A stretch of 64,000 bases of DNA from Candidatus Poribacteria bacterium (GTDB taxonomy: Bacteria > Poribacteria > WGA-4E > WGA-3G). The notes beneath the pieces were generated by a model. The model was not told the DNA's origin, made no database searches, and was given only the letters and a program-made list of their open reading frames with translations. Positions 48,764-58,783 of the stretch are shown here, piece by piece. The translations under genes were made by a program, and so were the position numbers. Where the stretch lies: positions 4,544,001-4,608,000 of the forward strand of contig OZ240248.1 in the NCBI GenBank assembly GCA_965198235.1, given 5' to 3'. Within the stretch, counting starts at the first letter, position 1. Each line of letters opens with the position of its first letter.

Positions 48764-50353
48764 TCAGTCTGAGGGACGTTCCTGCATTACAGGAATTACG
48801 TAACTCCGAATTGTTAATCCGTCTAATATTTCTGTCTCCACGCGCGGTTCCCGCATGTTGCGATGGTCGAACACTACATAATATCCTTCTTCTGCGCTTT
48901 CTAATTTAGCGTACGCTGCAAGTTGTGCTTTACCTACCTGATAGCGGGAATCTCCCCCCCAGATTTTTGTCTCAACGATATATTTTCGATGGCTATGATG
49001 GATGAGAAGATCCATTCTGCCACGACCTGTTTGTACCTCAAGGTACATAGTTCCGCCCACAATTTGGACGAACTGCTCAAGATACGCAAAGAGAAGGAGC
49101 TGTCCGACATATTCTTGGGGAGTATCCGGGACTTGTAAAATTTTGAAGCCTGCACGGGCGATAAAGTCGCGGAAATTATCAAGGAGCACTGTCATCTGAA
49201 TCTGACCATCCGGTGTGAGATAATCCTGAAATCCTGCGCGATTGTCTTCTGGTAAATACTCCCGCTCCAGTCCATTCACTATCGGTTTGAATGCATGCAT
49301 GATGCAATAGTGATAAATTGGGTTGATAATTTCACACATACCGTCAGCCCCTTCCGCAATGACACCGTAAGTGGCGAGTTCATTGATCCGCTCATTGTAA
49401 AGGTTAAATCTTACACCTTCATCATAGGAGGCAATTTTCATGAGGAGTGCCTCAAACCGCCGGTCCCTACGGATATTTGCCACCAGATGTTCAATGTTCG
49501 TGTTTCGTCCACGAAGGAGCTGCGCGTGTGCTTTTGAAAAGGGATCCATTGTAATCGGTTCGCTTTTTGGAATGTCTAATTCCTCGGTAAGAATTTGCGC
49601 GAAGCGATTGACAAGTACAGGTTGTCCAGCAGTTTGTTTGTGAATAGCTTCAATAGTGTCAGGTGCGAAGGGTTGTCCAACTTCATCGGTATATTGTGAA
49701 AATAGTTCTCGCACCTGTTCAAGTGTAAAATTGGGCAGTTTGAATTCGTCTTGTATATTAAAGGGAGAGATGGAGCGATCGTAGTTCAGTTGTGTGATGC
49801 TTTTGACTCCGACGATGCTGATGCTATGTGGGCATCGCGTTCTTCCAGAGAGATAGATGTGACGAAGCGAATGTAGAAATCCTCTGATCGCGTCTTGGGG
49901 GATGCCATCAAACTCATCAATAATCATAACAAGCCGTTGCTCTTTCAATAGACCCCCAAGGTCTTCAAAAAACTTTCGCATTGAAATGTGTTCGGTTATC
50001 TCCGCACTTGCTAAAAAACGGTTGAGCCTATCGCCGGGATTCTCTTGGCGTTTTTGGAAGACGCTTTGAATTTGTTTACATATTTCTTCGCAGAGGGATG
50101 GATAAAAAATGGTGGTATCACTGTCCACGTATCCTTCAAAATTAAGCTGTATTGGGAAATAGGTGCTTCCTTGGTCTTCAAGCACATTGAGTGCATTTCG
50201 GAAGAATGTGGTTTTGCCCGTCTGACGTGGCGCAAAGAGGACAATGTACCTTCCCTTTTTTAAGCGATTCACAAAATCTGAGAGTTCATCTGTCCGTGCG
50301 ACGACGTAGTTATCCTCGGGATATACGGGACCCCTTGTTTCAAACCATTTCAT
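48764..50353 (-). CDS. AAA-like ATPase with C-terminal PD-(D/E)XK nuclease domain
   Basis: APRQTGKT, IIDEFD, SPFNI, GRMDLLI...IVETK. Confidence 0.85.
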   Translation of the reverse strand: MKWFETRGPVYPEDNYVVARTDELSDFVNRLKKGRYIVLFAPRQTGKTTFFRNALNVLEDQGSTYFPIQLNFEGYVDSDTTIFYPSLCEEICKQIQSVFQKRQENPGDRLNRFLASAEITEHISMRKFFEDLGGLLKEQRLVMIIDEFDGIPQDAIRGFLHSLRHIYLSGRTRCPHSISIVGVKSITQLNYDRSISPFNIQDEFKLPNFTLEQVRELFSQYTDEVGQPFAPDTIEAIHKQTAGQPVLVNRFAQILTEELDIPKSEPITMDPFSKAHAQLLRGRNTNIEHLVANIRRDRRFEALLMKIASYDEGVRFNLYNERINELATYGVIAEGADGMCEIINPIYHYCIMHAFKPIVNGLEREYLPEDNRAGFQDYLTPDGQIQMTVLLDNFRDFIARAGFKILQVPDTPQEYVGQLLLFAYLEQFVQIVGGTMYLEVQTGRGRMDLLIHHSHRKYIVETKIWGGDSRYQVGKAQLAAYAKLESAEEGYYVVFDHRNMREPRVETEILDGLTIRSYVIPVMQERPSD

Positions 50354-50544
50354 CTTTCTATCCTCCTTGAAGCAACTGAGGAAATTATATCATATTGTGG
50401 TGTGGAAGTCTATAAGAAACAGAAGTCAGTGTTTTGATTTCTACTCGTTTTAGAGGGAGTCGAGGTCGGAGGTTGCTCCTGCAGCCGGAGGAACTTGATC
50501 AGAGAATCAGAAGGACGAGTGGATTAAATGGCCTACTTATAGAA

Positions 50545-51066
50545 CTATAAGACACAATCTTCTTTTTTTAGAACGGATTTGCTGTCTTCAAGGCGGTTGA
50601 GTAAGGTAAGAATAGTTTCCTGAAAGACAGGATGCACAAGATCCGGTGCGATCTCCGCTAACGGGACCAATACGAAACCGCGAAGATGCATCTCCGGATG
50701 CGGAACGACGAGTTTCTCTGTCTGAACGCACAAATCTCCATAGATTAATATGTCCAAGTCAATCTCTCTTGGACCCCAGTGGATGCGATGTTTTCTACCA
50801 ATAGCGGTCTCGATGTCTTTTAAGGCATGCAGCAAGGAGAGGGGAGAAAGGGAGGTTTGAATGGCGGCGACACCGTTCAGGAATTGTGCTTGTGCCTCAT
50901 ATCCTACTGGTTCGGTTTTGTAAATGGAGGAAACTTCTTTTAAGGTGATTCCCTCCGTTTTTGATAGGGTACGGATGGCATTCTGGATATGTGCAAGTCG
51001 GTCGCCGATGTTGCTTCCGAAGCCGATATAGACTACGTGTATGGAGTTTAGGGTTGATAACAACAT
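50545..51066 (-). CDS. folK: 2-amino-4-hydroxy-6-hydroxymethyldihydropteridine diphosphokinase
   Basis: [35 protein letters not shown]; start uncertain (51066 or 51111). Confidence 0.95.
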   Translation of the reverse strand: MLLSTLNSIHVVYIGFGSNIGDRLAHIQNAIRTLSKTEGITLKEVSSIYKTEPVGYEAQAQFLNGVAAIQTSLSPLSLLHALKDIETAIGRKHRIHWGPREIDLDILIYGDLCVQTEKLVVPHPEMHLRGFVLVPLAEIAPDLVHPVFQETILTLLNRLEDSKSVLKKEDCVL

Positions 51067-51103
51067 GGCTGAACCCGGGCGATTTGTGAATGCCATAAAC
51101 TGG

Positions 51104-51340
51104 TTAAGCACTCACTAAAAGTTCCTCAAGGTTCCTCCCGATCGTTGGATGTGGAAGCGGTTTATTTTCTTTCTGTGCGTGTATCAATAGTTCGTCAACA
51201 ATTTCGCATAGCTGACGGTAAACTTCTACCTCATTATCACCATGGCAGCACGGGCCGATGATTCCCGGACAATATCCGATGAAACATTCATCCTCGTCTG
51301 ACCATTCGACGATCTTGATATATTTCGCACTGTCGCTCAT
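51104..51340 (-). CDS. hicB: HicB-like antitoxin
   Basis: [15 protein letters not shown]...CHG...LP.P; coupled to hicA by ATGA overlap. Confidence 0.8.
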   Translation of the reverse strand: MSDSAKYIKIVEWSDEDECFIGYCPGIIGPCCHGDNEVEVYRQLCEIVDELLIHAQKENKPLPHPTIGRNLEELLVSA

Positions 51341-51531
51341 CTTTGAGATTCCTCAATTTTTAATTTAACCTGTTTCTCTTGGTAAGGTTTAGCGTCATCA
51401 CCGAGGTTCCCAGAAATGACAGCTATTGGACCTTTAGGATGTTCATAAGTTCTGTGGCTCCCTTTTCCACCTATATTGATAAATCCTGCTTTTCTCAAGT
51501 CCGCAATGAGTTGTCGTATTTTTCTGGGCAT
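51337..51531 (-). CDS. hicA: HicA-family mRNA interferase toxin
   Basis: L.KAGF....GKGSHR.Y.HP, DAKPYQ. Confidence 0.88.
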   Translation of the reverse strand: MPRKIRQLIADLRKAGFINIGGKGSHRTYEHPKGPIAVISGNLGDDAKPYQEKQVKLKIEESQR

Positions 51532-51566
51532 AGAATTTACTGGGGCGGAAAGTTTGCTATATCCTA

Positions 51567-52805
51567 CTAATCTGAGAATTTGCGGATGGCGATTGAGGTA
51601 TTGTGTCCACCGAAACCGAATGCGTTAGAGAGTGCGACCTCAATCGTCGCATCTCGACTTTCGTTTGGGACATAGTCCAAGTCGCAAGCTTCGTCCGGCA
51701 TATCGGAGTTGATAGTCGGTGGCAGGAAGCCTTTTTCCATCCCGCCTAAGCAGGCAATGAGTTCTACGGCTCCAGCCGCGCCGAGCAAATGGCCGATCAT
51801 GGATTTGGTGGAGCTGACAGGAATTTTGTACGCATGTTCGCCGAAGAGAGTTTTAATGGCGTTCGTTTCGGCGACATCGCCAATCGGTGTCGAGGTGCCG
51901 TGGGCACTGATATAGTCGATGGCATCCAGCGGCAATTCCGCATCTCGGAGTGCAAATTCCATCGCTTTCACTGCTCCCTCACCGTTTTCGGGCGGGCTTA
52001 CCATATCGTGTGCATCTGAGGTCATTCCGTAGCCGACTATTTCCCCATAGATATAGGCACCGCGCTTTTTAGCGTGTGATAGCGATTCGAGAATTAACAC
52101 ACCTGCACCGTCTCCCATGACAAAGCCGTCCCGGTCCTTAGTAAACGGGCGCGAGGCGCGTTCAGGTTCATGATTTCGCGCGGACATAGCGCGCATTGAA
52201 CAGAACCCAGCGAAAGCTAAGGGCGTAATCGCCGATTCCGTACCACCCGTAAACATCACATCTGCATCGCCGCGTTGAATGATACGAAACGAGTCCCCCA
52301 TAGAATGGTTTGCGCTCGCACACGCGGTGACGGACGTGGAATTGGGGCCTTTGAGGTTAAAACGGATTGAAATCTGCCCTGCCGCCATGTTAATAATCAT
52401 GTGCGGTACAAGGAATGGACTGACGCGTTTAGCACCCTTTTCAGCAAGGATTTTTGCGTTGTCTTCAAGGACACCGATGCCACCGATTCCAGAACCCATT
52501 TGGACCCCTGCCCGGTAAGCATCAACTTTATCGAGTTCCAAACCTGAATCTTCATGCGCCATAATTGAGGCGGCAAGCGCGTACTGAATGAACAGCGGTA
52601 GCCTGGACGCAGCCCGTCTGTCCATATACTGTTCCGCTTGGAAATTCTTAACCTCTCCGGCGATTTGGGTGCGATGCTCAGAGGCATCAAAATAGGTTAA
52701 AGGTCCGATTCCGTTTTTACCGATAGCAAGCGCATCCCAATATTCTTCTTTCGTATTGCCAATTGCATTGACAACACCGATTCCTGTAATAACTACACGC
52801 TCCAC
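51567..52805 (-). CDS. fabF: 3-oxoacyl-ACP synthase II
   Basis: [38 protein letters not shown]. Confidence 0.97.
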   Translation of the reverse strand: MERVVITGIGVVNAIGNTKEEYWDALAIGKNGIGPLTYFDASEHRTQIAGEVKNFQAEQYMDRRAASRLPLFIQYALAASIMAHEDSGLELDKVDAYRAGVQMGSGIGGIGVLEDNAKILAEKGAKRVSPFLVPHMIINMAAGQISIRFNLKGPNSTSVTACASANHSMGDSFRIIQRGDADVMFTGGTESAITPLAFAGFCSMRAMSARNHEPERASRPFTKDRDGFVMGDGAGVLILESLSHAKKRGAYIYGEIVGYGMTSDAHDMVSPPENGEGAVKAMEFALRDAELPLDAIDYISAHGTSTPIGDVAETNAIKTLFGEHAYKIPVSSTKSMIGHLLGAAGAVELIACLGGMEKGFLPPTINSDMPDEACDLDYVPNESRDATIEVALSNAFGFGGHNTSIAIRKFSD

Positions 52806-52835
52806 GAGACCGATCCTTTTTTATTGAAGTTGCAG

Positions 52836-52863
52836 GCGCGCTTGGTAAAACTACCAAGCGCGC
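52836..52863 (-). terminator. Hairpin downstream of acpP (terminator or stabiliser)
   Basis: gcgcgcttggta-aaac-taccaagcgcgc, perfect 12-bp stem. Confidence 0.6.
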
Positions 52864-52917
52864 ACTAAAGAGGGTTGATAGCATTTCGCCATGCACCCTC
52901 CAACGATATACCTTAAC

Positions 52918-53151
52918 CTACACGTGTTCGTCTAGGTAACTCAGGGCATCTTGAACAGTCTGGATTTTCTCCGCATCACTGTCTGGAATTTCGATATCGA
53001 ATTCCTCTTCAAGTGCCATGACCAGTTCAACGGTATCAAGTGAATCAGCTCCCAGGTCTTCCATAAAAGAGGCATCTGGGGTGACATTATCTTCTTCAAC
53101 ACCGAGTTGTTTCGCAATAATTTCGATGAGGCGTTCTTGGTTTGTTGCCAT
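52918..53151 (-). CDS. acpP: Acyl carrier protein
   Basis: [20 protein letters not shown]. Confidence 0.98.
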   Translation of the reverse strand: MATNQERLIEIIAKQLGVEEDNVTPDASFMEDLGADSLDTVELVMALEEEFDIEIPDSDAEKIQTVQDALSYLDEHV

Positions 53152-53388
53152 AAGTGTTTCTCTGATCTCCTATAAAATGTTTGTCCGCAAAATCGGTGTT
53201 GCGGCTAAAAATTTGTTCTTGTCTTATAGTACAATTAGTGCCTCGACTAACTCTATAATCCGGGTTTACAAAGAACCTCTATATCAAGGCATCGGTACAG
53301 TTATGGGCATTGTGAACAGTGCCCTATGGGCGAGTCAACTCGCCGCCCTTTTTATTCGTGCCCTTGGAAAACGCCAAGTGCACTTGAG

Positions 53389-54165
53389 TTACATCACCAT
53401 GCCACCGTCAACCTGAAGTGTTTGACCAGTGATATAGCGCGCAGCATCTGATGCTAAAAAACAGACAGCGTCTGCCACATCCTCTGGATGCCCAAACTCC
53501 CGTAGTGGGATCAATTCAAGCAGTTGTTTCTGATTCTCTTCCGATATTTGTGCCGTCATATCTGTCGTGATAAAGCCAGGGGCGATAGCGTTTACAGTGA
53601 TACCGCGGGAACCGACCTCTTTCGCGGTAGCCTTTGTCAAACCGATAATGCCAGCTTTCGCGGCGGCATAACTCGCTTGTCCTGCGTTTCCTATAAGTCC
53701 AATAACTGATGAAATGTTGATGATTCGTCCACTTTTCTGACGTATCATGGGACGGAGGACTGCACGGGTGCAGTACATCGTACCGGTCAAATTTGTCTGT
53801 AAAACGGCGTCCCAGTCCTCATCTTTGAGGCGCATGAGCAACATATCACGGGTGATCCCGGCATTGTTCACGAGAATGTCGATTTGTGAAAATTGCGAAA
53901 TCGTCTTTTCGATAAGAGTTTCAATATCCGTCTTTTGAGAGATGTCAGCAGCCATTGAGAGTACGGTATAGCCTTTTCCCCGCAACGTATCAGCGATCTG
54001 TCCGACTGCCTCGGCGGAACGAGAGCAAAGAACGACATTGGCACCGGCTTCACAGAGTCTGTGTGCGATCGCTGCACCAATACCACGCGACGCGCCTGTA
54101 ACGATTGCCGTTTTGCCACTCAGCAGATCTGCTCGAAGGGCACTTTGCCCCGTTGTCCCACTCAT
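53389..54165 (-). CDS. fabG: 3-oxoacyl-ACP reductase
   Basis: TGASRGIG, NNAGITRD, YAAAK, PGFI.TDMT. Confidence 0.96.
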   Translation of the reverse strand: MSGTTGQSALRADLLSGKTAIVTGASRGIGAAIAHRLCEAGANVVLCSRSAEAVGQIADTLRGKGYTVLSMAADISQKTDIETLIEKTISQFSQIDILVNNAGITRDMLLMRLKDEDWDAVLQTNLTGTMYCTRAVLRPMIRQKSGRIINISSVIGLIGNAGQASYAAAKAGIIGLTKATAKEVGSRGITVNAIAPGFITTDMTAQISEENQKQLLELIPLREFGHPEDVADAVCFLASDAARYITGQTLQVDGGMVM

Positions 54166-54168
54166 TTT

Positions 54169-55107
54169 TTATCCACCATTTCCGTGTTCATCTGTCACAA
54201 GAGATAGCGTCTCAACATCTTCAACGTTCGTGACACGACTCTCTGGCAGGGTCCGTTTCACTAAACCGGACAAAACTTTTCCCGGGCCGACCTCTACAAA
54301 ATGGGTGATACCGGTTTTTTCAATAGTCCGTAGTGTTTTTTCCCATTGGACAGGTCGTGTTATCTGTTGAAATAGGAGATGCCTGATATGATCTGCATCC
54401 GTAGCGAACTCACCCGTTACGTTCATCGCAATCTCGACTTGCGGCGGCTGCATCGCCACCGATTCGAGTGGGGATGCGAACTTCTGTTGTGCGGGTGCCA
54501 TCAGTGGCGAGTGGAACGCACCACTTACTGGCAACGGACGACACCGTCTCGCACCAATTTCAGCTTTAGCAAGTTCAAGGACGTAGTTAACCGCATCAAT
54601 TTCTCCAGAGATTACCAGTTGTCCGGGGCAGTTGTAATTGGCGATGTTCACAACACCGTCAGCCGTGTCACAAAGTTCTTGCAGCTGCTCGGTTTCCATC
54701 CCGAGAATTGCCGCCATTGCGCCCTGTTGCATTTTCCCTGCATCCGCCATGAAACTCGCTCGTGCGTGTACCAAGTTCAGTGCATCTGCGAAGTCGATCA
54801 CCCCTGCCGCCACGAGTGCGGAATACTCTCCCAAACTGTGTCCGGCGACCGCGCTCGGCACCACACCGCATTCCTTTAGGACTTGCAACGCTGCTACGCT
54901 ACAGGTTAAAATCGCCAGTTGTGTGTTTTCAGTCTGCTTTAAGTCTGCTGACGGTCCCTCGAAACAGAGCTGCCGCAATTCTCGTCCGAGGACTGTATCT
55001 GCCTCCTGAAAAACGGCATCGGCGGCTGGATAAGTCTGTGCCAGTTCTGCTCCCATGCCTACCTGTTGTGAACCTTGTCCTGGAAAAATGAATGCCAGTT
55101 GTGTCAT
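54169..55107 (-). CDS. fabD: Malonyl-CoA:ACP transacylase
   Basis: FPGQGSQ, GHSLGEY, VSGAFHS, EVGPG. Confidence 0.97.
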   Translation of the reverse strand: MTQLAFIFPGQGSQQVGMGAELAQTYPAADAVFQEADTVLGRELRQLCFEGPSADLKQTENTQLAILTCSVAALQVLKECGVVPSAVAGHSLGEYSALVAAGVIDFADALNLVHARASFMADAGKMQQGAMAAILGMETEQLQELCDTADGVVNIANYNCPGQLVISGEIDAVNYVLELAKAEIGARRCRPLPVSGAFHSPLMAPAQQKFASPLESVAMQPPQVEIAMNVTGEFATDADHIRHLLFQQITRPVQWEKTLRTIEKTGITHFVEVGPGKVLSGLVKRTLPESRVTNVEDVETLSLVTDEHGNGG

Positions 55108-55143
55108 TTTCTTCTGAAGTGTAGCACAGTGTTGGGTGCTCAA

Positions 55144-56139
55144 CTATAATCGTAGGAGCGTGCTTCCCCATGTCAAGCCTGCGCCAAAAGTCACAAACAG
55201 AAGTAGATCGCCTGGCTTTGCGCGGCCCTCGCGAATCGCCTCATCTAACGCGATGATTACCGTTGCTGCGGAGGTATTACCGTATTTATCGACGTTAATA
55301 TAGACCTTCTCTCGCGGCATGCCGAGTCTATCACCGACTGCCTCAATGATGCGTAGGTTGGCTTGATGTGGGATTAACAGATCAATCTCATCAACGCTGA
55401 CGTTTGCCTGACGTAGCACACGGTGAGCAGCTTCCGGCATAAGGCGGACACCCAATTTGAAAACTTCTCGCCCATTCATCTGAAGTTTGTCTAACTTCTG
55501 GTCGATTGCCTCTTGAGTGATCGGCATCCTGGAGCCACCTGCGGGAATACCGAGGAGATCAATATCAGCGTAATCTCCATCAGACCCGATATAAGATGCG
55601 AGGATGCCTTTTGGTTCATCTGTGGCTTGGACAACGGCGGCACCTGCACCATCTCCAAAGAGGACACATGTATTTCTATCGTTCCAATCAACGATATTGT
55701 TAAAAATTTCGCCACCGATGACAAGAATAGTGTTGTATCGTCCAGATCTGATCATTCCATCAGCTAAATCCAGTCCGTAAAGGAAGCCGGCACACGCAGC
55801 GGATAGATCCATTGCGGCGGCGTTCTTTGCACCGATACCTTTCTGAACATAGCACGCTGTTGAGGGAAAAAACCTATCGGGCGTCACGGTAGCGACGAGA
55901 ATCATCTCAATATCAAGTGGATCAATGTGCGCGTTTTTGATAGCCCACCGTGCAGCATGTATACAAAGATCAGAGGTTGCTACATCGTCTTCAGCGATGC
56001 GCCGCTCAGCGATCCCGGTTCGTTGGCGAATCCATTCGTCGCTTGTATTGACCAGTTTCTCAAGGTCAAAATTGGTGACAACCCGGTCGGGGAGGTAGGA
56101 CCCTGTCCCTGTAATGGTTGCATGTCGAAGTTGCGTCAT
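55144..56139 (-). CDS. fabH: 3-oxoacyl-ACP synthase III
   Basis: AACAGF, FGDGAGA, PHQANLRI, GNTSAA, FGAGLTWG. Confidence 0.97.
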   Translation of the reverse strand: MTQLRHATITGTGSYLPDRVVTNFDLEKLVNTSDEWIRQRTGIAERRIAEDDVATSDLCIHAARWAIKNAHIDPLDIEMILVATVTPDRFFPSTACYVQKGIGAKNAAAMDLSAACAGFLYGLDLADGMIRSGRYNTILVIGGEIFNNIVDWNDRNTCVLFGDGAGAAVVQATDEPKGILASYIGSDGDYADIDLLGIPAGGSRMPITQEAIDQKLDKLQMNGREVFKLGVRLMPEAAHRVLRQANVSVDEIDLLIPHQANLRIIEAVGDRLGMPREKVYINVDKYGNTSAATVIIALDEAIREGRAKPGDLLLFVTFGAGLTWGSTLLRL

Positions 56140-56259
56140 TATGTTTCTCTTAAAGTTTTTGGCGTTCTAAGGCACCGTTGCAGGTTTCCTATATTGAAAT
56201 GGACGTGCCAAAACTTGCTGTAAAAAATCTACGCTCGTTGGTTTCTAACGAGCCTTTAT

Positions 56260-56445
56260 CTACGCTTCGTCCGCAGATTTTAATACGGGCCGTCCATTGT
56301 AATGCCCACATTCGGAACAGACTCGGTGAGAAATAATCGTCTCCCCGCAGTATGAACAGACACTTGTGGCTTTGTCGTGGAGCGCGTTATGGCTCCGCCG
56401 CATTCTTTTTTTTGATTTTGACGTTCTCCGTTTTGGATGCGCCAT
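56260..56445 (-). CDS. rpmF: 50S ribosomal protein L32 (Zn-binding type)
   Basis: MAHPKRRTSKSK..MRRSH, CxxC...CxxCG.Y.G. Confidence 0.97.
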   Translation of the reverse strand: MAHPKRRTSKSKKRMRRSHNALHDKATSVCSYCGETIISHRVCSECGHYNGRPVLKSADEA

Positions 56446-56505
56446 GGGTTGTCTCCTTTGTCTTACAAAATCACGATTCGCGAACCATACTTACAATTTA
56501 AGTAT

Positions 56506-57093
56506 TTATTCTGATTTCAACTGTTTTCCAGTATTTTTGAGAGAACCGACTTCGGAAAACGCGCTTGCAAGCTGCGCGCTAAGGGAGTTAGAGGCGTGAA
56601 CTGATGTCTCATCGGTGATTTCACAGGAGCATTCTGTGGTGTTGAGATCCGTTCCACATTCTGGACATAAACCTTTGCATGTTTCGGAACAGAGTGACCA
56701 TGCCGGTATTTCAAGAACGAATGCCCGCCGTACATCTTCTGAAATATCTAAAGTTTCTCCGTCATAGCATCGTTCATCATCTGCATCGGATTCCGACGAT
56801 TCATTACCGATAGAGAATAGCAAGCCAAGTGTTGTTGTTATGTCCACCTCAAACGGGTTGATACAGCGTCGACACTCCACCGAAATAGTCGTATCGACAT
56901 CGGCTGTCACATAGATATTGTCACCACCTTGGCGAAAGAGACCGACTCTGCATGACAATGGCTTAATAAATTTTGCCTCCTCGTAAGTCAAACCGAGGGG
57001 CTCAGACGGCACAAGTGCTTCGTATTCTTTGAAGTCCTCGTGTCGAAGGTCTTTCACGTTGAACACTAAAGTATCGCTTATGCCTTCCTTCAT
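56506..57093 (-). CDS. yceD: DUF177/YceD family protein
   Basis: ECRRC, LCSETCKGLCPECG.DLN...C.C; directly upstream of rpmF. Confidence 0.9.
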   Translation of the reverse strand: MKEGISDTLVFNVKDLRHEDFKEYEALVPSEPLGLTYEEAKFIKPLSCRVGLFRQGGDNIYVTADVDTTISVECRRCINPFEVDITTTLGLLFSIGNESSESDADDERCYDGETLDISEDVRRAFVLEIPAWSLCSETCKGLCPECGTDLNTTECSCEITDETSVHASNSLSAQLASAFSEVGSLKNTGKQLKSE

Positions 57094-57213
57094 ATTCAAT
57101 TTTACCTCAAGAGCCTATTAGACACTTTCTTCAAATTTACCTTGCCGTGATGGCCAAACACCGAGGGTGAGTGGGACGCATCTCCGGTTCTACATTCTAA
57201 ATCTCGGCAGAAC

Positions 57214-58536
57214 TTAAAAATCGACTTCTTCTTCGATTCTAATAAGTTGTGCTTCGTCTTTTACATCTTCGAGTGTGTAAATCTGCGCGAGCGCGGCTTT
57301 CATGTTTTTTTCTTGTGCTTTGTGCGTCAACATCACCAACGATACTGTCTCCATGCCGTGCGGATCCTTTTGGATGACAGACGCGATGCTAATCTGCCAG
57401 TTCCCCAGAATAGTTCCGATTTTCGCCAGAACGCCGGGTCGGTCGGCAACCACAAAACGGATGTAATACCGCGTCTCAATATCATCAATAGGACATATGC
57501 CGACTTCCGCCTGTGCCCCTGCGAGCCATGCTTGTGAAATCGGGGTGCTTATGCCTTGTTGCACAGATTTCGCGGCATCAATGATGTCAGCGACAACAGC
57601 ACTCGCCGTTGGCATCTCACCAGCACCCTGTCCATAAAAGAGGGTCGGACCGACTGCATCACCGATCACACAAACAGCGTTGAATGCACCACCGACGTTC
57701 GCTAACAAACTCCGCTCTGGCACGAGTGTCGGATGTACACGCGCCTCCACACGATTTCCGTCGGTTAGTTTCGCGATTGCGAGCAGCTTAATGACGTAAC
57801 CGAGTTCGCGAGCGTATTGAATCTCTTTTTGGGTGATACCTGTAATACCTTCAACATGGAATTGCGATAGTGAGATATTGCTCCGATAGGCGAGGGCGAT
57901 CAGGAGAATGAGTTTTTGTGCAGCATCAATTCCTTCAACGTCAAGCGTTGGGTCGGCTTCGGCGTACCCCTTGTCCTGCGCGACTTTGAGCACATCTGAA
58001 AAGTCTACAGCGCGCTCGTGCATTTCGGTCAAAATGTAGTTACACGTACCGTTCACAATACCATAAAGGGAGTGGATCTGGTTGCCAGCGAAACTTTCTT
58101 GTAGGGTTTTAATGATCGGAATACCACCCGCCGTGCTTGCCTCGAAGTTGAGACTCACTTGGTGTTCTGAAGCCAGTTGGAACAACTCGCCACCATGTTC
58201 GGCAAGAAGGGCTTTGTTTGCTGTGACGACGTGTTTACCATTTTGGAGTGCGCGTCTAATGACGGAGTGTGCTGTTGTGACACCGCCGATAAGTTCAACA
58301 ACAATATCGATATCTGGATTGTCAACGACTTCTGCGGGGTCCGTTGTTAAACAATCCATAGGAAGCTCAACACCTTGCCGCGTCGCGGGTAACGTCCGTT
58401 TTACTATTTTTTTTAGGCACAATTCCGTGCCACTATTTTTGGCAATGAGGGAATTCTGATTCATCAGGATTTTGGAAACGCCAGTGCCGACAGTACCCCA
58501 TCCTAAAATGCCAACATTAATACACGACTTGTCCAC
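57214..58536 (-). CDS. hom: Homoserine dehydrogenase with ACT domain
   Basis: [37 protein letters not shown]. Confidence 0.96.
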   Translation of the reverse strand: MDKSCINVGILGWGTVGTGVSKILMNQNSLIAKNSGTELCLKKIVKRTLPATRQGVELPMDCLTTDPAEVVDNPDIDIVVELIGGVTTAHSVIRRALQNGKHVVTANKALLAEHGGELFQLASEHQVSLNFEASTAGGIPIIKTLQESFAGNQIHSLYGIVNGTCNYILTEMHERAVDFSDVLKVAQDKGYAEADPTLDVEGIDAAQKLILLIALAYRSNISLSQFHVEGITGITQKEIQYARELGYVIKLLAIAKLTDGNRVEARVHPTLVPERSLLANVGGAFNAVCVIGDAVGPTLFYGQGAGEMPTASAVVADIIDAAKSVQQGISTPISQAWLAGAQAEVGICPIDDIETRYYIRFVVADRPGVLAKIGTILGNWQISIASVIQKDPHGMETVSLVMLTHKAQEKNMKAALAQIYTLEDVKDEAQLIRIEEEVDF

Positions 58537-58616
58537 TACTGCAACCCCCTCCTTTCTTTACTATTTATCGCGCGGCTTGTATACACCACTTACAAGACGA
58601 TATTACATATCAGAGA

Positions 58617-58690
58617 TCGGGGCGACTGGATTCGAACCAGCGACCTCTTGAACCCCATTCAAGCGCGCTTCCGGGCTGCGCCACGCCCCG
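58617..58690 (-). tRNA. tRNA-Pro (anticodon GGG), CCA not encoded
   Basis: cggggcgtggcgcagcccggaagcgcg cttga atGGGgt tcaag aggtcgctggttcgaatccagtcgccccga. Confidence 0.96.
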
Positions 58691-58713
58691 TTAACAGAAT
58701 CAATTTCCTTTTA

Positions 58714-58743
58714 ATTGTATCACAAGTCATCGTGTAATGTCAA
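58714..58743 (-). promoter_or_regulatory. tRNA-Pro promoter
   Basis: Minus strand TTGACA-18 nt-TACAAT. Confidence 0.7.
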
Positions 58744-58783
58744 GTGATAGACCCAAGTCTAAAGACTTGGGCTTCTGCAATCA

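Noticed and set aside
57134-57210. Structured RNA or ribosomal leader upstream of yceD-rpmF
   Set aside because: Only a weak terminal stem (tgccg/cggca); single copy; cannot be distinguished from a decayed repeat.
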